DNA of 64,000 nt from Nageia nagi (GCA_050084985.1 JBITNC010000002.1:5332001-5396000), one strand, 5' to 3'; shown: positions 37,788-50,489, counted from the stretch's first letter. Notes: generated from the sequence alone by a model not told the origin. Numbers and translations: made by a program.

Positions 37788-39560
37788 AATTTTTTTTATT
37801 AAACGGGTAAATGATTAATAAAAAAACCGAGTTTTGAAAGGCTCTCCAGCAACCTTTCACATAAAATATTATTGTGTTAACAGAGACAAAAAATAAAGTT
37901 GTTTTGAGCCTTGACACAGTAAAGAGGTTGAATTTTTAAGGCAATACATCACATTAACTGCTATTCGTAGCACATTTCTCTCCTTTTCAAATTGCATTTA
38001 TAATATCCTTTTGGTTCATACACGTTTAAAACTTGGTGCTTTAAATTTGATTTCCTAACTTTCAAATTACTGCCCAGATTTGAAACTTGAAATGCCACTG
38101 CATCAGGCATCCCCAGCCTGTTTTCTGGAGATTCAAGCCAAACCCCCATCCTGTGTATTCTCCATTTGTGTTGCGTTCTTCTGTGGTAGTTCTACTGTGT
38201 TGTACTTCAATTTCTAACTATCTATTGGATCTCCATGGGCTCCCTCTGCATTTGCTCCACTGTTTGCATTTGTTTGGCTATTTTTTTTTGCCTTCCTCAT
38301 CCATATCAGTAGAGTTTCTAGTTTTTATATTTCTTGAGTCTGTTTCTGTCATAGTCCTACTGTGTTGTGCTTCGTTTTCTAACTATCTTATTGGATCTCC
38401 ATGGGCTCCCTCTGCATTTGCTCCACTGTTTGCATTTGTTTGGCTATTCCTTTTGCCTTCATCATCCATATCAATAGAGTTTCTAGTTGTTTTATTTATA
38501 ATTTTATGGTAGCCTCATTCTGCCATTGTTTTGCTATTTGACTTTGATTTTTCTTGAGTCATTTATGTACAGTGAGATATCCTGACAGTTTTCCGCTTCA
38601 GCTTGGGTATCTTCTTTATGAGCCATCTCACTATTTTCTTCTTTTCCATCTGATGGGTTTCCTTTCTCATTAACACCAGCTTCACCCCTGAATGGAGAGG
38701 TTGTGTTCTCAGATATCAATTTTTTACAGTTCTTTTTTAGATGCCCAGTTTGCTGGTAGTTATAACATCTTAAAGAGTAATTCTCATACTCTATGCCCTG
38801 AACATGGGATCTCCAACTTGAAGACAAGGTGATGGACTTTGGCCAGGGAGCAGAAGGATTCATCCAAACAACAAATTTAGCCTTGCATAAATCATGGTGT
38901 GTCTCCACATTCTTCTCTGTATAATCAACTGGGCCTTGAAACAAACCAATAGCATTTCCTATCTTGGTCATGGCTTTTTTGGTCCAAAACTCAATCAGGA
39001 GAGCATACAGGTTAATCCACACTGGGTAACCCGTACTTTTCTCAGTGACAGTTAAAATTGTTTGACGATTTTCTCATATAAATCCCTCTTTGCGCAAAAA
39101 ACCAACTGTATTTATGTTTTAAAAACCCATTTGCAGTCATCAAGATCCTCAAAAATAAACATAAAGAAGTTGCATGGGAGTAATACAATTCAAATCTCAC
39201 CATCACATTTGAAGCCTTCCTCTACAAATCTCATAAGCTCTTCTGAATGTGGACACTTTCCTCTAATCTTACATATAATTGCCCTAGGTTCAAGTTCTTT
39301 TAAATCCATAGCTAGATCAACATCCTCGATACTGAATGCTTTCTGAGGTTCCTGCATTTTCAACCTGATTCTTTCCTCCTAATTCTTTCCTCTATCTTCC
39401 TTACACTTACCTCCCTTATTCTCAGTTCTCTCACGTTCCTTTCTAACACTTTCCTTAACAGTTCGTTCTCGCTCTCCATGTTGCTCCTTGTTGACACTTC
39501 GTTCTCACTCTCCATGGTGCTCCTCTCTGATACCCATTTCCAAGCCATTTCTTTTGGTAT
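37788..39560 (-). mobile_element. L1-like LINE containing only ORF1 (DUF4283-like domain and zinc knuckle), with a poly(A) end
   Basis: WINLYAL.IEFW..A..KIGNAIG and RCYNYQQTGHLKKNC (degenerate CX2CX4HX4C); fragmented ORF from ATG 39548 to ~37961; then a GAAAGG..CCTTTC hairpin and AATAAAAAAAA at ~37790. The 5' boundary is uncertain. Confidence 0.7.
38187..38488. repeat. 165-bp tandem duplication within LINE ORF1
   Basis: TAGT.CTACTGTGTTGT..GGATCTCCATGGGCTCCCTCTGCATTTGCTCC at 38187 and 38352. Confidence 0.9.
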
Positions 39561-42108
39561 CTAATGTTGTGTTTAGGTCAAAAAAATTTAATTTGCGTAG
39601 CATTTTAGACTGTGTTGGATCCATTAGTTTTGTGAAACCCTTCATTTTTAGGAACTCTCTTTTTGCATGCCAGAAATAGCAGTTTTCATAATAAATAAAA
39701 ACTTTGAAGGTCAATATCTCCTAAACCGTGAAGAATTAGTAAAAACTGAGAGCAACTACGATCATCTTCGAGACTTAGCCCATTGCGACCATCTTTTCAA
39801 GCTAATCATTTTGATATATGGCAGTCATACACTTTTTTAGTTTCCATAAATAGAAGTTCCTAAAAATAGTTAGTTGGGCCTAGCATATTTCGACAATTTT
39901 TCAAATGACTAACTGAAGATCTCAAGACTTAATTAACTAGTCCCAGGAGGTTAAACAAATTAGTAATATTTTAAGTCATGTCAACTTCAAAAATGCCTTT
40001 GACAACATGGAAACAAGAATAGGAAGGCTGGATATTAAATATAGCACTTTGAGCAAGAACCTGGAACTATTCCAACAAGTGACACTATCAAATGTGGGAA
40101 CACAATCTCCAAACATATTAGGTTCAGGTTCTCATCAGTCTGTAGGATAAACACACTAGATGCACCATGGTCCTCAACAAGCATTCATTCTTCCAAGAAT
40201 AACCAAGTTAGATTTTCCAAAATTTGATGGCAATGAACCAACCAATTGGATTTATCGAGCGGAACAATATTTCTCATTGAACCAGATATATGAGATACAA
40301 AAGGTCAACATTGCATCATTCTAGAATCCATCTAGAGGATGAAGACATCCAATGGTACCAGTGGTTTGAAAAGACAAATAGCATCCCTACTTGGCAGAAT
40401 TCACTAAAAATTTATTGGTTAGATTTGGCCCAAGTGATTTCAAAGATTTTACGAGAGCTCTAACAAAATTGCACTAAACTACATCCCTGAAGGAATATCA
40501 AACTCAATTTGAGAAACTTGCAAACTGCACCAACAAATTAGATGAATCCCTTTTCAAGAGTTGCTTCATTAGTGGGTTGAAGGAAGAAATTAGAGTGGAA
40601 GTGAAGATGTTCAATCCTAACACCATAATGGAAGACATTGGGCTAACTAAATTGGCCAAAGATAAGTTCGATGCTTTGTGTTGATAGAGGTAGCAGCCAT
40701 TTGGAGGATCACAAGTTCCTCAACCTACTCCAAACCCAATCAACCATTGAAAGTTAAGCAACTCAATCCAAAGGAAATGAAAGGCGGAAGAGAGAAGAGT
40801 CTTTGCTATAATTGTGATGAAAAATATGGCCAAATCATAGATGCGCAACACAAAAGTTGTATTTGTTGAATGCAAATGTTCTTGGTGACTCGGTAGCTTA
40901 GGAGGATAAGGTAGCGATGGATGTAGTGAATGAACTTGATAACCCTAATGAAGATACTCTAGAAATTTCTTTCAAAGCCCTTTCAGGATTTACTTCTCTG
41001 CAAACTATGAAATGTCAAGGGCAATTCAAATGACAAAATCTTACTATGCTTATTGATTCAAGGAGTACACACAATTTCATTAACTTGAGAGTGGAAAAAC
41101 AAGCCAATCACTATATACAACCTCAAACTAGCTTTAAAGTGATGATTGATAATGGAGGCAAGATTGCATGTAAAGTGAAAATGTCAAACTAACCATGGGC
41201 AACTATAATTTGAAGAGTGACATGTATGCCCTTCCAATGGGAGGATATGATGTAGTCCTTGAAGCTCAATGGTTGCGGACATCGGGACCTATCTTGTGGG
41301 ATTTTGCTGAATTGTGGATGAAATTCATGGTTGAAGGTTTGCGTGGGTTTCTAAGATTGACTAGATATTATCAAAAGTTTGTGAAGGATTATGGAAACAT
41401 TGCAGCTCCATTGACATCCTTACTAAAAAATAATGCTTTTATTTGGTCAGACAATGCTGAAAAAGATTTTCATATATTGAAGGAAACTATGTTCTGTACT
41501 CCTGATCCGGATTTATGTAGGAATGCAATAGAACAAACCTATAACCATAAATACAGAGATGCAACAAAAATAACACTTCATTTCATTAATCTCGAAGAAT
41601 GAAGATGGAAATAAAACCAGCTAGGGCTCTGGTAGCTATCTCTGAGAAGAGATGTTGCGGCTACAGGACTCTCCAAAAACTAAACTACAATGAGGCTCAA
41701 GGGCCTATTTATTATTGAAAAACAATGGAGAACCCTAAACATCCCAAAACCTAACCCTAGGAGATGAACCGCCAAAGCTATGGGCCCCGTTTGGGTAAAT
41801 TAGTGTTTCAACTTCCCAGGGACGTAACTTTTGCATACTATCTCCGTTTGACGTACATGATACATCATTAGAAAGCTCCATCCGAGGACTACAACTTTTC
41901 CGACGAATTTTATTTCATGAAATTCGCTAGTGAAACGATGCCCAAAAATGTCGTTTAGGGCCTCAAAACGGCTCCAGAAGTTCAGGACCCAAAAACTGCT
42001 AAAAATAGTAAGTTATGCCGAAACTAACAAACTGAAAGAGACAATGGTGGGGGCCCAAGTGGAATAGGCAGGTGGCCACCAATATCCACCTGGATCATTC
42101 CTCCCCCC

Positions 42109-44562
42109 TTAGAAAGCAATGGTCCCCATTGCGTTAAGTTCCTCCATGAGATGAGGAAATTTCTGCTGAACTTGGTCCCTGGTGAACCACTTTCCTTGGT
42201 GCAGGAGTTGGCCAGCTTTGACAACCCGATACAGTTGGATCCTCTGTTGGCGAGTGTTCTTGATTTGCATGTCCATGATACAATCTGTGGTCGCTTGTTC
42301 CATGCAGTCTAGGTTTAACTCTGTTGGTGTGAGTTGTTCTGCAATGTCCGAAGTGTCCAGTAGAGGTGGGAAGTAAGGACGAAGGTGATCCACATTGAAG
42401 ACTGGGTGCAATCCAAGGAATGGTGGAATTCCCAGCTCGAAAGCATTGTTCCCTACAGCCTTGGTGATGGTGTACGACCCGTATCGGAGCGGGCGAAGCT
42501 TGCGGTTGGGTCCAATGAGGCACTCCTTCTGCAAATGTAGCCATACTTTGTCTCCCACCTGGAAGTTGTGTGGCACCCGGTGTTGATCATAGCGCTGCTT
42601 GTACTTCGCATTAGCTCTGTCTAATATATCATGAACCTGTTGGCGGATGTGTTGAATGCGCTCGATGAAGCTACTTGCTTTGTCAACTTCAGATTGGATG
42701 TGAGCTGAATCGGCCTGAGCGGCTGCAAATGGCATGGCTACGCCAATGGGACATAGTGGCTGGAATCCCAAGCCCACCTGAAAGGGGCTATGGCCAATTG
42801 AACTGTGGAGAGCCCTGTTATAACTATGTTGTACATAGGGGAGGCTCTCGTCCCATGTGCGTGGATGCTTGGAATTGTACATGCGCAGAATGTGTACAAT
42901 CATTCTATTGACGACCTCTGTCTGGCCATCTGTTTGGGGATGGAAAGCTGTGGACTTGGTGAGCTTTGTGTCCAACATTAACCAGAGGCTGGACCAAAAT
43001 GTGTTGAGGAACCTGCTATCTCGATCTGAGATGATAGACTGTGGGATCCCAAAGTGCACCCATACTCGTTCAAAGAAGAGTTTAGCAATGGCTTCTGCTG
43101 TGATATTCTTCTTACAGGCGGCCATAATGGCCATCTTCGAGAATCTATCAACGACCACGAAAACACAATCATTGCCATTCTTGGTAGAAGGCAAGCCCGA
43201 CATGTAATCCATGGAGATGGATTCCCAAGGTCGACTAGGGGTGGGTAGTGGAGTATATAGGCCTTGCTTCTTGATGGTCGGTTTGGAAATGGCACAAGCA
43301 GTGCAGGATCTGATGTGCTTCTTGACATCCTTTAGAAGGTTCGGCCAATAGAAATACTTCTGTAGTATTACTACTGTTTTCTCAACCCCAAAATGCCCAA
43401 CGACTCGACTGTAGTGTGCTTCCCATATCATCTTGGCACGCTCGCTTGAAGGAACACAAAGGTGTCCTAGGTGACATAAAAGTGCATCTTGGAGGTGAAA
43501 ATTTGGAACTGGCATGCCCCCCAAGAGTGCCTTGTAAGTGTGGTCGAATTCTGGGTCCCTCTCATAGAGAAGCGGCCAATTGGAAGTCTCATGCCCACAA
43601 GAGTTGAGCACAGTGGTGAGCGCCGCGATTGGTGGTCGGCTGAGGCAGTCTGCAACATTATTGGTACTACCCTTCTTGTACTTGATGTTCAAATGAAACT
43701 GTTGTAGATATGTGGACCACTTCTGATGGCGATCATTCTGCAACTTCCCTTGTGTCTGCATGAACTGCAGGGGCCGGTGGTCTGTGTGGATGATTGTTTC
43801 CTTCCCCAATATGTAATGCTTCCATTGTCGACAGGCTTGCACAATGGAATACATTTCTTTGTCATAGGTGGGATACTTGCAAATTGTCTCAGACAATGTC
43901 TCGCTGTGATATGCCACTGGATGTCCCTGTTGAGTAAGAACTGCCCCAATAGCATAGTCAGAGGCATCTGTCTCGATCTCAAATGGCTGCTGCACGTCTG
44001 GTAAGGTGAGCACTGGGGCAGAACAGAGGCGATTTTTTAATTCTTTGAATGCCTTCTGTTGAGGTTCTGACCAAAAGAATTTTGCTCTCGCTCCTCCTTT
44101 GGTGACTAGACTCAAGGGCCAAGTGATGTGAGAGAATCCCAACACAAATCTGCGGTAGAAATTAGCAAGACCCAAAAAGCTGCAAAGCTCTATTATAGTG
44201 GTCGGGGCTGGCCAATCCTGAATGACTTGGATCTTGGCTGGATCCACATGCACCCCCCTTTCATCAATAATGTATCCCAGATATTGAACCTGGGTCATGC
44301 CAAACGTGCACTTCTCCAAATTGGCACACAACTTGTGTTGCCTCAGTGTTTGGAGGACTTGTCGGATGTGATGAAGGTGCTCTTCCCAAGTCTTGCTGAA
44401 GATCAGAATGTCGTCCAAGTACACCACTACGAATGAGTTGGTGAATGGCCGCAAGATGTCATCCATCATCCTCATGAAGGTTGCAGGAGCATTCGTCAAC
44501 CCGAAAGGCATGACCAGCCATTCAAAAAGGCCTTCCTTGGCTTTCAAGGCAGTCTTCCACAC
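42109..44562 (-). CDS. pol ORF (RT from WKTA motif, RNase H, integrase, chromodomain-like tail); part of a disrupted gag-pol
   Basis: MPFGLTNAPATF, YLDD, ETDASD, HHCC zinc finger, SMDY/SDRD/QTE catalytic residues; 817 aa open. Confidence 0.92.
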   Translation of the reverse strand: MWKTALKAKEGLFEWLVMPFGLTNAPATFMRMMDDILRPFTNSFVVVYLDDILIFSKTWEEHLHHIRQVLQTLRQHKLCANLEKCTFGMTQVQYLGYIIDERGVHVDPAKIQVIQDWPAPTTIIELCSFLGLANFYRRFVLGFSHITWPLSLVTKGGARAKFFWSEPQQKAFKELKNRLCSAPVLTLPDVQQPFEIETDASDYAIGAVLTQQGHPVAYHSETLSETICKYPTYDKEMYSIVQACRQWKHYILGKETIIHTDHRPLQFMQTQGKLQNDRHQKWSTYLQQFHLNIKYKKGSTNNVADCLSRPPIAALTTVLNSCGHETSNWPLLYERDPEFDHTYKALLGGMPVPNFHLQDALLCHLGHLCVPSSERAKMIWEAHYSRVVGHFGVEKTVVILQKYFYWPNLLKDVKKHIRSCTACAISKPTIKKQGLYTPLPTPSRPWESISMDYMSGLPSTKNGNDCVFVVVDRFSKMAIMAACKKNITAEAIAKLFFERVWVHFGIPQSIISDRDSRFLNTFWSSLWLMLDTKLTKSTAFHPQTDGQTEVVNRMIVHILRMYNSKHPRTWDESLPYVQHSYNRALHSSIGHSPFQVGLGFQPLCPIGVAMPFAAAQADSAHIQSEVDKASSFIERIQHIRQQVHDILDRANAKYKQRYDQHRVPHNFQVGDKVWLHLQKECLIGPNRKLRPLRYGSYTITKAVGNNAFELGIPPFLGLHPVFNVDHLRPYFPPLLDTSDIAEQLTPTELNLDCMEQATTDCIMDMQIKNTRQQRIQLYRVVKAGQLLHQGKWFTRDQVQQKFPHLMEELNAMGTIAF

Positions 44563-44721
44563 ATCAGAAGGTTCAATTGGTACCTGGTGATACCCAGACT
44601 TCAGGTCGATCTTACTGAAAATTTTGCACCTTGGAGTTGGTCCAGAAGGTCATCAATCCGTGGGATTGGGTACCTATTCCGGACAGTGATCTTGTTCAGC
44701 GCCCAATAGTCAATAAAGTCT

Positions 44722-46680
44722 TCACGTCCCATCCTTCTTTTGTACCAACACGATCGGACTCCCACAGGGCGATGAACTTGGTCTGATGTGACCTTTCTGC
44801 AATAGCTCCTGAATCTGCCTCTTGATTTCATTATTTTCCAAAACAGAGCGCCGATAGATCGGTCCATTGGGTAGCGGCGCACCTGGGGCCAGATCAATCG
44901 GGTGCTTAACCTGACAGTGCAGAGGAACCCCTGTGGGTGAGGTGAAGATGTCCTCGTACTCCTCCACAACCTTATCCATTTGTTGTTGTCGTGCAAAGGG
45001 GCCCTGTCTGGAGGTCATGGCCACAGTCTTCTTCTTGCCCTGGGGGCAGATCATCAGGAAAACGAATTTCCTGGTTTGGGAAATGAGCTTACTGCATTGC
45101 TTTGCAGTAACCAAAGAGATAGCCGTAGGAGGTGGTACCTCTGGTATCCTGTACAACCTATTTCCCAAAGTAATAATAACAGCACGAGGTCGAGACTCAT
45201 ACACAGCATGACGCTTCCACAAGTATGGTTGTCCTAATAATACATCAGAAACATCAATAGGAGCAATGTCACATAATACCTCATCCGTGAAGGGCTTGAT
45301 GCTATAGGGAAGGCGGCACTGCTGGCTGACGCGAAGATCTCGTCCTTGGTGAAGCCACCCAATGGTGTATGGATGTGGGTGAGCTGTGATTGGCAAGCCC
45401 AACCGCTTCACGGTGTCTGCTGAAATGAGGTTCTTTTGGCTCCCATTATCAACAATGAACTGTACAGGGGAGCCCTTTACCCACATCTGGGAGTGGAAGA
45501 GATGTTCCTCCTCCTCTGGATCTTCCGGTTCCTCCTTCTGGACCTTTGTAGTGGCAACAGTGGCGTTAGGCTTCGCATCAATAATCTGTTTCCCTTTTTC
45601 ATACCCCTTTTCAGGTTCTGATTCGGAGTCGGAGCATGCATCTGACTCAAAAGCCCTCATCTTGGCCACTAGCGACTGCTTGGCCCGACACTCACTTGTG
45701 TTGTGAGTGGAGCTCTTATGGAACTCACACCACTTTCCTGTGTCCTTCTTTGGCTTTGTGGTGTTGTTCTTTTCTTGTGGCTTTGACAGGTTGTCTTTGG
45801 CCACCATGCTTTGGCTCTGTCCTTTGTTTTGCAATTTGGAAGTACCTTTCCCTTGCTTTTGATTCGCAGATCCAAAGTCTCGCTTCTTCTGTTTGAATTT
45901 CTGCTCAATCTTGGCAGCATACCAGTATGTCGTACCAAGCGAGGAGATGTCAAGGAACTCCATTTCCTCCTGAATGTATCTGTGTAGACAGCTGCGATAC
46001 TTTAGCACCAAATGTTTCTCTGAATCTTTGATACCCAACTTTGTGCGCAGGGTATGGAACAGATTCGTCAGCTCATGCACATCTTGATCCCTTTGTTTTC
46101 GCAGTGTGGTCCATTGTATGTACTTATCCTCATAGCTCCCCACAGGATAGTACTGTTCCTTGATGGCATCTCGGAAAGAATTCCAAGTTGGTACGGCTGA
46201 GAACAGAGAGGGTTCTGTCTGGTCCTTGTTCTCACAGTAGGTTTCCCACCAGTCCTTAACATGGGGGGTAGCTTTGAGGAGTGCAAAAATAATCTTCTCC
46301 CGGTCTGAAAAGTCATGCACAGAGAAATATCCTTCTAATAGATTCAACCATCTATCTACGGCATCTGCATCTATTTGACCCTCAAATATGGGAATGTCAA
46401 AATTTACTTGTACCTTAAAAGGAGTCGCAACTCCAGAGTGGCTACTGGATGCAGATGCGCCGCCGGTGGGCAACCATTGAAGGATCTGAGCAAAGTTATC
46501 CATCATCACGTTCCTTTGTTTTTCGAGGGCCTCCTCGAGCAATATTTTGATAGGATCTCCTGCTCCCTCATCTTTCTTTTCATCCCCCATGGACGTCTGT
46601 CGAGGTTTGCGAGACTGATCTTGCAAAGGTTCCACCAGATCAAGCCCTAGCTCCTTATACCCCGACCTCGTTGGAGACAT
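44722..46680 (-). CDS. gag and aspartic protease of the CRM element
   Basis: [10 protein letters not shown]; [14 protein letters not shown] knuckle variant; [30 protein letters not shown]. The likely start is downstream of the PBS (MSPTR, 46680) rather than the ORF-track start inside the LTR. Confidence 0.88.
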   Translation of the reverse strand: MSPTRSGYKELGLDLVEPLQDQSRKPRQTSMGDEKKDEGAGDPIKILLEEALEKQRNVMMDNFAQILQWLPTGGASASSSHSGVATPFKVQVNFDIPIFEGQIDADAVDRWLNLLEGYFSVHDFSDREKIIFALLKATPHVKDWWETYCENKDQTEPSLFSAVPTWNSFRDAIKEQYYPVGSYEDKYIQWTTLRKQRDQDVHELTNLFHTLRTKLGIKDSEKHLVLKYRSCLHRYIQEEMEFLDISSLGTTYWYAAKIEQKFKQKKRDFGSANQKQGKGTSKLQNKGQSQSMVAKDNLSKPQEKNNTTKPKKDTGKWCEFHKSSTHNTSECRAKQSLVAKMRAFESDACSDSESEPEKGYEKGKQIIDAKPNATVATTKVQKEEPEDPEEEEHLFHSQMWVKGSPVQFIVDNGSQKNLISADTVKRLGLPITAHPHPYTIGWLHQGRDLRVSQQCRLPYSIKPFTDEVLCDIAPIDVSDVLLGQPYLWKRHAVYESRPRAVIITLGNRLYRIPEVPPPTAISLVTAKQCSKLISQTRKFVFLMICPQGKKKTVAMTSRQGPFARQQQMDKVVEEYEDIFTSPTGVPLHCQVKHPIDLAPGAPLPNGPIYRRSVLENNEIKRQIQELLQKGHIRPSSSPCGSPIVLVQKKDGT

Positions 46681-49600
46681 GCAAAGAAGGATCGAGAAAA
46701 ACAGACCGCTCTGATACGACTGATCCGGATTTATGTAGGAACGCAATAGAACAAACCTATAACCATAAATAAAGAGATGCAGCGGAAATGACACTTCATT
46801 TCATTAATCTCGAAGAATGAAGATAGAAATAAAACCAGCTAGGGCACTGGTAGCTATCTCTGAGAAGAGATGTTGCGGCTACAGGCCTCTCCAAAAACTA
46901 AACTACAATGAGGCTTGAGGGCCTATTTATTATTGAAAAACAATGGAGAACCCTAAACATCCCAAAACCTAACCCTAGGAGATGAACCGCCAAAGCTATG
47001 GGCCCCGTTTGGGTAAATTAGTGTTTCAACTTCCCAGGGACGTAACTTTTGCATACTATCTCCGTTTGACACACATGATACATCATTGGAAAGCTCCATC
47101 TGAGGATTACAACTTTCCGGACGAATTTTATTTCATGAAATTCGTTGGTGAAACGATGCCCAAAAACATCGTTTAGGGCCTCAAAACGGCTCCAGAAGTT
47201 CAGGACCCAAAAACTGCTAAAAATAGTAAGTTATGCCGAAACTAACAAACTAAAAGAGACAATGGTGGGGCCCCAAGTGGAATAGGTAGGTGGCCACCAA
47301 TATCCACCTGCATCAACTCCAATTTTGGGCATGTCTGATTTCTAATTTCTCTAAAACCTTTATGATTGAAAGTGATGCTTCAGAAGTCGAAATTGGTGCA
47401 GTTTTGATGCAAGAAGGGAGACCCTTGGATTTTACTAGCAATCAGTCATGCTATTCAACGATAGCAACCATATCTCATTGGTTGACATTTTCTCATCCGC
47501 ACGGATCATCAAAGTTTGAAGTATTTTATGAAACAATATATCTCCACTCTTGAACAACAAAAGTGGGTTACTAAGCTATTAAGGTATGATTATGAGATTG
47601 TGTATTGGAAGGGCAGAGAACATGTGATAGTTGATGCCCTTTCCCATAAATTTGAAGAACTAGCGGCACTACAGGCAATATCCTCCCCAATTCCCCACTG
47701 GATAGATCAAGCAAAATAAGAATGACTCCATGATAGTTCTACTCAAGCAGTGGTTCAACAACTTCAGCATGACCCTTCTAAAAAAATTAATTTTACTTGG
47801 AGTAATGGAATGCTTCAGTTCAAGGGTCGCATTGTACTACCCTCAAAATCTTCATGCCGAGAGACGATACTTCAAGAGTTACATGCTACACCACCAACAA
47901 GACACTCTGGATTTTTAAACACTTAGAAAAGGGTGGCTCGATTTTTTTATTGGGATTGAATGAAACTGGATATCAAGAACTTTGTTGCAGAATGTAATGT
48001 TTATTAGCAACAAAAGGGCGAGACAGTAGCCACTCTACCTCAGCTTCTTCCCATACTAACGCAGGCTTGGATTGATGTTTCGATGGATTTCATTCAGGGC
48101 CTTCTGAAGTCTTATGGGAACTCTATCATCATAGTTGTTGTGGATCATAGTTGGTGTGGATCAAATGTCCAACTACATACATTTTTGTTCCATAGCTCAC
48201 CCATACAAGGTTGTAAATGTGGTTCACCCATACAAAGCTATCAATGTGGCTTATATTTTAATGTTAACATTTTCAAGCTCCACAATATGCCCTCCAGTAT
48301 AGTAAGTGATCAAGACCCTACTATTACCAATCATTTTTGGCAAGAATTCTTCAAGCTTCACGAAACCCAATGCAATATGAATTCAGCCTATCACCCCCAA
48401 ATAGATGGATAAACAGAAATTGTTAATAAGTGCCTAATGACTTATTTAAGTTGGTTTGCTTCTACATATGCAATTCATTGGGTTAAATGGATTCCTTTGG
48501 CAAAATGGTGGTATAATATTTCATATCATACTACAATTAAGATGACACACTACAAAACTTTGTATAGTCAAGCACCACCCACGATGGCCTCTTATGTTCT
48601 CGACAACACCAATGTTCAAGCAGTTGACACCAAATTAACCAATCGCGGGTATATCCTACACCTTCTTAAGGAGAATTTGCAAACATCTCAACACCGAATG
48701 AAACAACAAACCAATCAACAACAGGAAGAACGGGAATTTCATGAAGGGCACATGGTTTTCTTGCAACTTCCACCATATCGTCAAAAATCTCTCAAAATAA
48801 AGGGACCCCAGAAGTTAGCTCCAAAATTTTATGGGCTTTACAAGATTCTCTAACACATTGGACCAACAACATACAAATCGGAGTTACCTGAATCTTCAAA
48901 AATTCATCCAATATATTCCATTTCTCTTATTTCAAAAAGGTAGAAGGTTTACAGGTAAAGGTTCAGACATAGTTAACCGAATTTACAAAGGATGGATCCA
49001 TAATGGTTGAACCTAAAGTGGTTATGGAATAACACACTCGTCAACTTCGCAACTGCAACATTACTGAAGTTCTTGTCTAGTGACACAGCTTGGCACCTAA
49101 GGACACAACTTGGGAGGTACTTCATTAACTTCAACAACAATTTCCCCAATTTTAGCTTTGGGAAAAAAGCTCTTTTCCAAGAGGGGTGGCATGTTAGGAT
49201 ACTCTATCCTAACATTTAGTTATTATTAATACTTAATTAATTATTGGCTTGTAATGTGAACCATCATATTTTTGTAAGGCGAATTGCCATTTTGTAATGA
49301 ACCGCCAATTAGGGTTAGCATAGCATCATGATAAACATGTATAAGAGGGGTAGAGATAACATCTTGGAGAAATATTTGTCTTTTGAGTTGTAAGAAGGAA
49401 GCCCACTCGAAACGGCCTATAATTCATATTACCATTGAGTAAAGTTAACTTATTCTGCTATCTTCTTGCAATTATGAATAGTATTACTTGGATATATGTT
49501 TTGTTAAATTACGAATTTGTTGTTATTCCATATTTTGTTGCTATTTCGGATAAATCTCTTTTTAGATGTTCTAGGTTCCTAACAAAAAAATAAGACCTAA

Positions 49601-50390
49601 TATTCTTTTCAAAGGCTCTAGGAAGGATTTTTTTAATAATAGACTTCCACGGATTTTTTTTGATGATTTTCATTCTTAACAAAAGGTTTCCTATTCCCAC
49701 TAAAGTTGCGGCTTAATCAGAAATGCTTGTATTGAGTAAATTGAGTACCAGACCAAATGTAAAGATGTTTTTTATCCAACGAATGTAAGGTTTAGTTTTC
49801 CTCCAAAGTAAAGCAGTTCAAATAGTAATATATATTCATAAATTAAAATAGTTATAGGGAACTGAATGATTGATTTGCCTTGTAGAGAAATCCTTAGTTC
49901 ACAAGGTTGTTATCAGTAAGGATATATACACGGAAAGTTTGATTAAATTTGTTTATAAATAACCACATTAGACAGAAAATAAACAAATATTATTTATGAC
50001 AAGGTTTAACTTCATAGTAGTTGGTAACAACTACATTCAAGAATTTCTTATAGCACAATGCCATAATGCACTTCAAGATGTTAACCTGCAGAAGCCCTTT
50101 AAATTTATTGAATCTGCATCTACTTGACAAAAAGAAATAAGAGACGAACCCTAATATTGAAAATCTTAGTATAAACGAGAACAATGTAATGCACAAATTA
50201 TCCCTGGACTCAATATTGTACTACAAATGCATTTTCATTTCCCAAGTATATCCTATTACTCTTTCAACTACACTTTCATTCGTTCAATCATAATAAAAGA
50301 TGATATACCCTTCAAGAGTCTGTCAATAAATGAAATTCGTGTTAATAAATTTCCACAACTTGATGAAGACTAAGTCATATCAATAAATAC

Positions 50391-50489
50391 CTCACCCACA
50401 CCTACAGTGTAGGCTGTGAGACCAAATGAATCCTTCACTCTGACACACAGCTTTTGTTTCTGAGGGTCGACAACAAGAAGCTGAAAATC
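50391..50489 (-). CDS. NTMC2T5: NTMC2T5-like exon (C2 domain)
   Basis: cag|DFQLLVVDPQKQKLCVRVKDSFGLTAYTVGVGE|gtattt; 99 bp, phase 0 at both ends. Confidence 0.95.

Larger units (their letters stand above)
41503..47315 (-). mobile_element. Young, nearly intact CRM-clade Ty3/gypsy retrotransposon
   Basis: 595-bp LTRs at 41503-42097 and 46721-47315 (about 26 substitutions by manual count); perfect TSD ACTCC; PBS TCGTATCAGAGC at 46708-46719; PPT AAGGGGGGAGGAA at 42098-42110. Confidence 0.97.
40000..49584 (+). mobile_element. Old Reina-like chromovirus (5' LTR missing, RT deleted), host of the nested CRM element
   Basis: Gag KLDFPKFDGNEPTNWIYRAEQYF; protease LIDSRSTHNF; LRGFLRLTRYY; RNase H ESDAS..GAVLMQ after 47321; integrase MDFIQGL..SAYHPQIDG..KLAPKFYG; PPT at 49179-49191; 3' LTR 49192-49584 (TGTTAGGA..TCCTAACA). 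Confidence 0.85.

Noticed and set aside
39519-39540. PBS-like GGTATCAGAG on the minus strand
   Set aside because: No adjacent LTR CA end; it falls in the first codons (WVSER) of LINE ORF1.
42134-46650. Many short ORFs overlapping the CRM gag-pol on both strands
   Set aside because: Shadow frames of a real coding region with no independent motifs.
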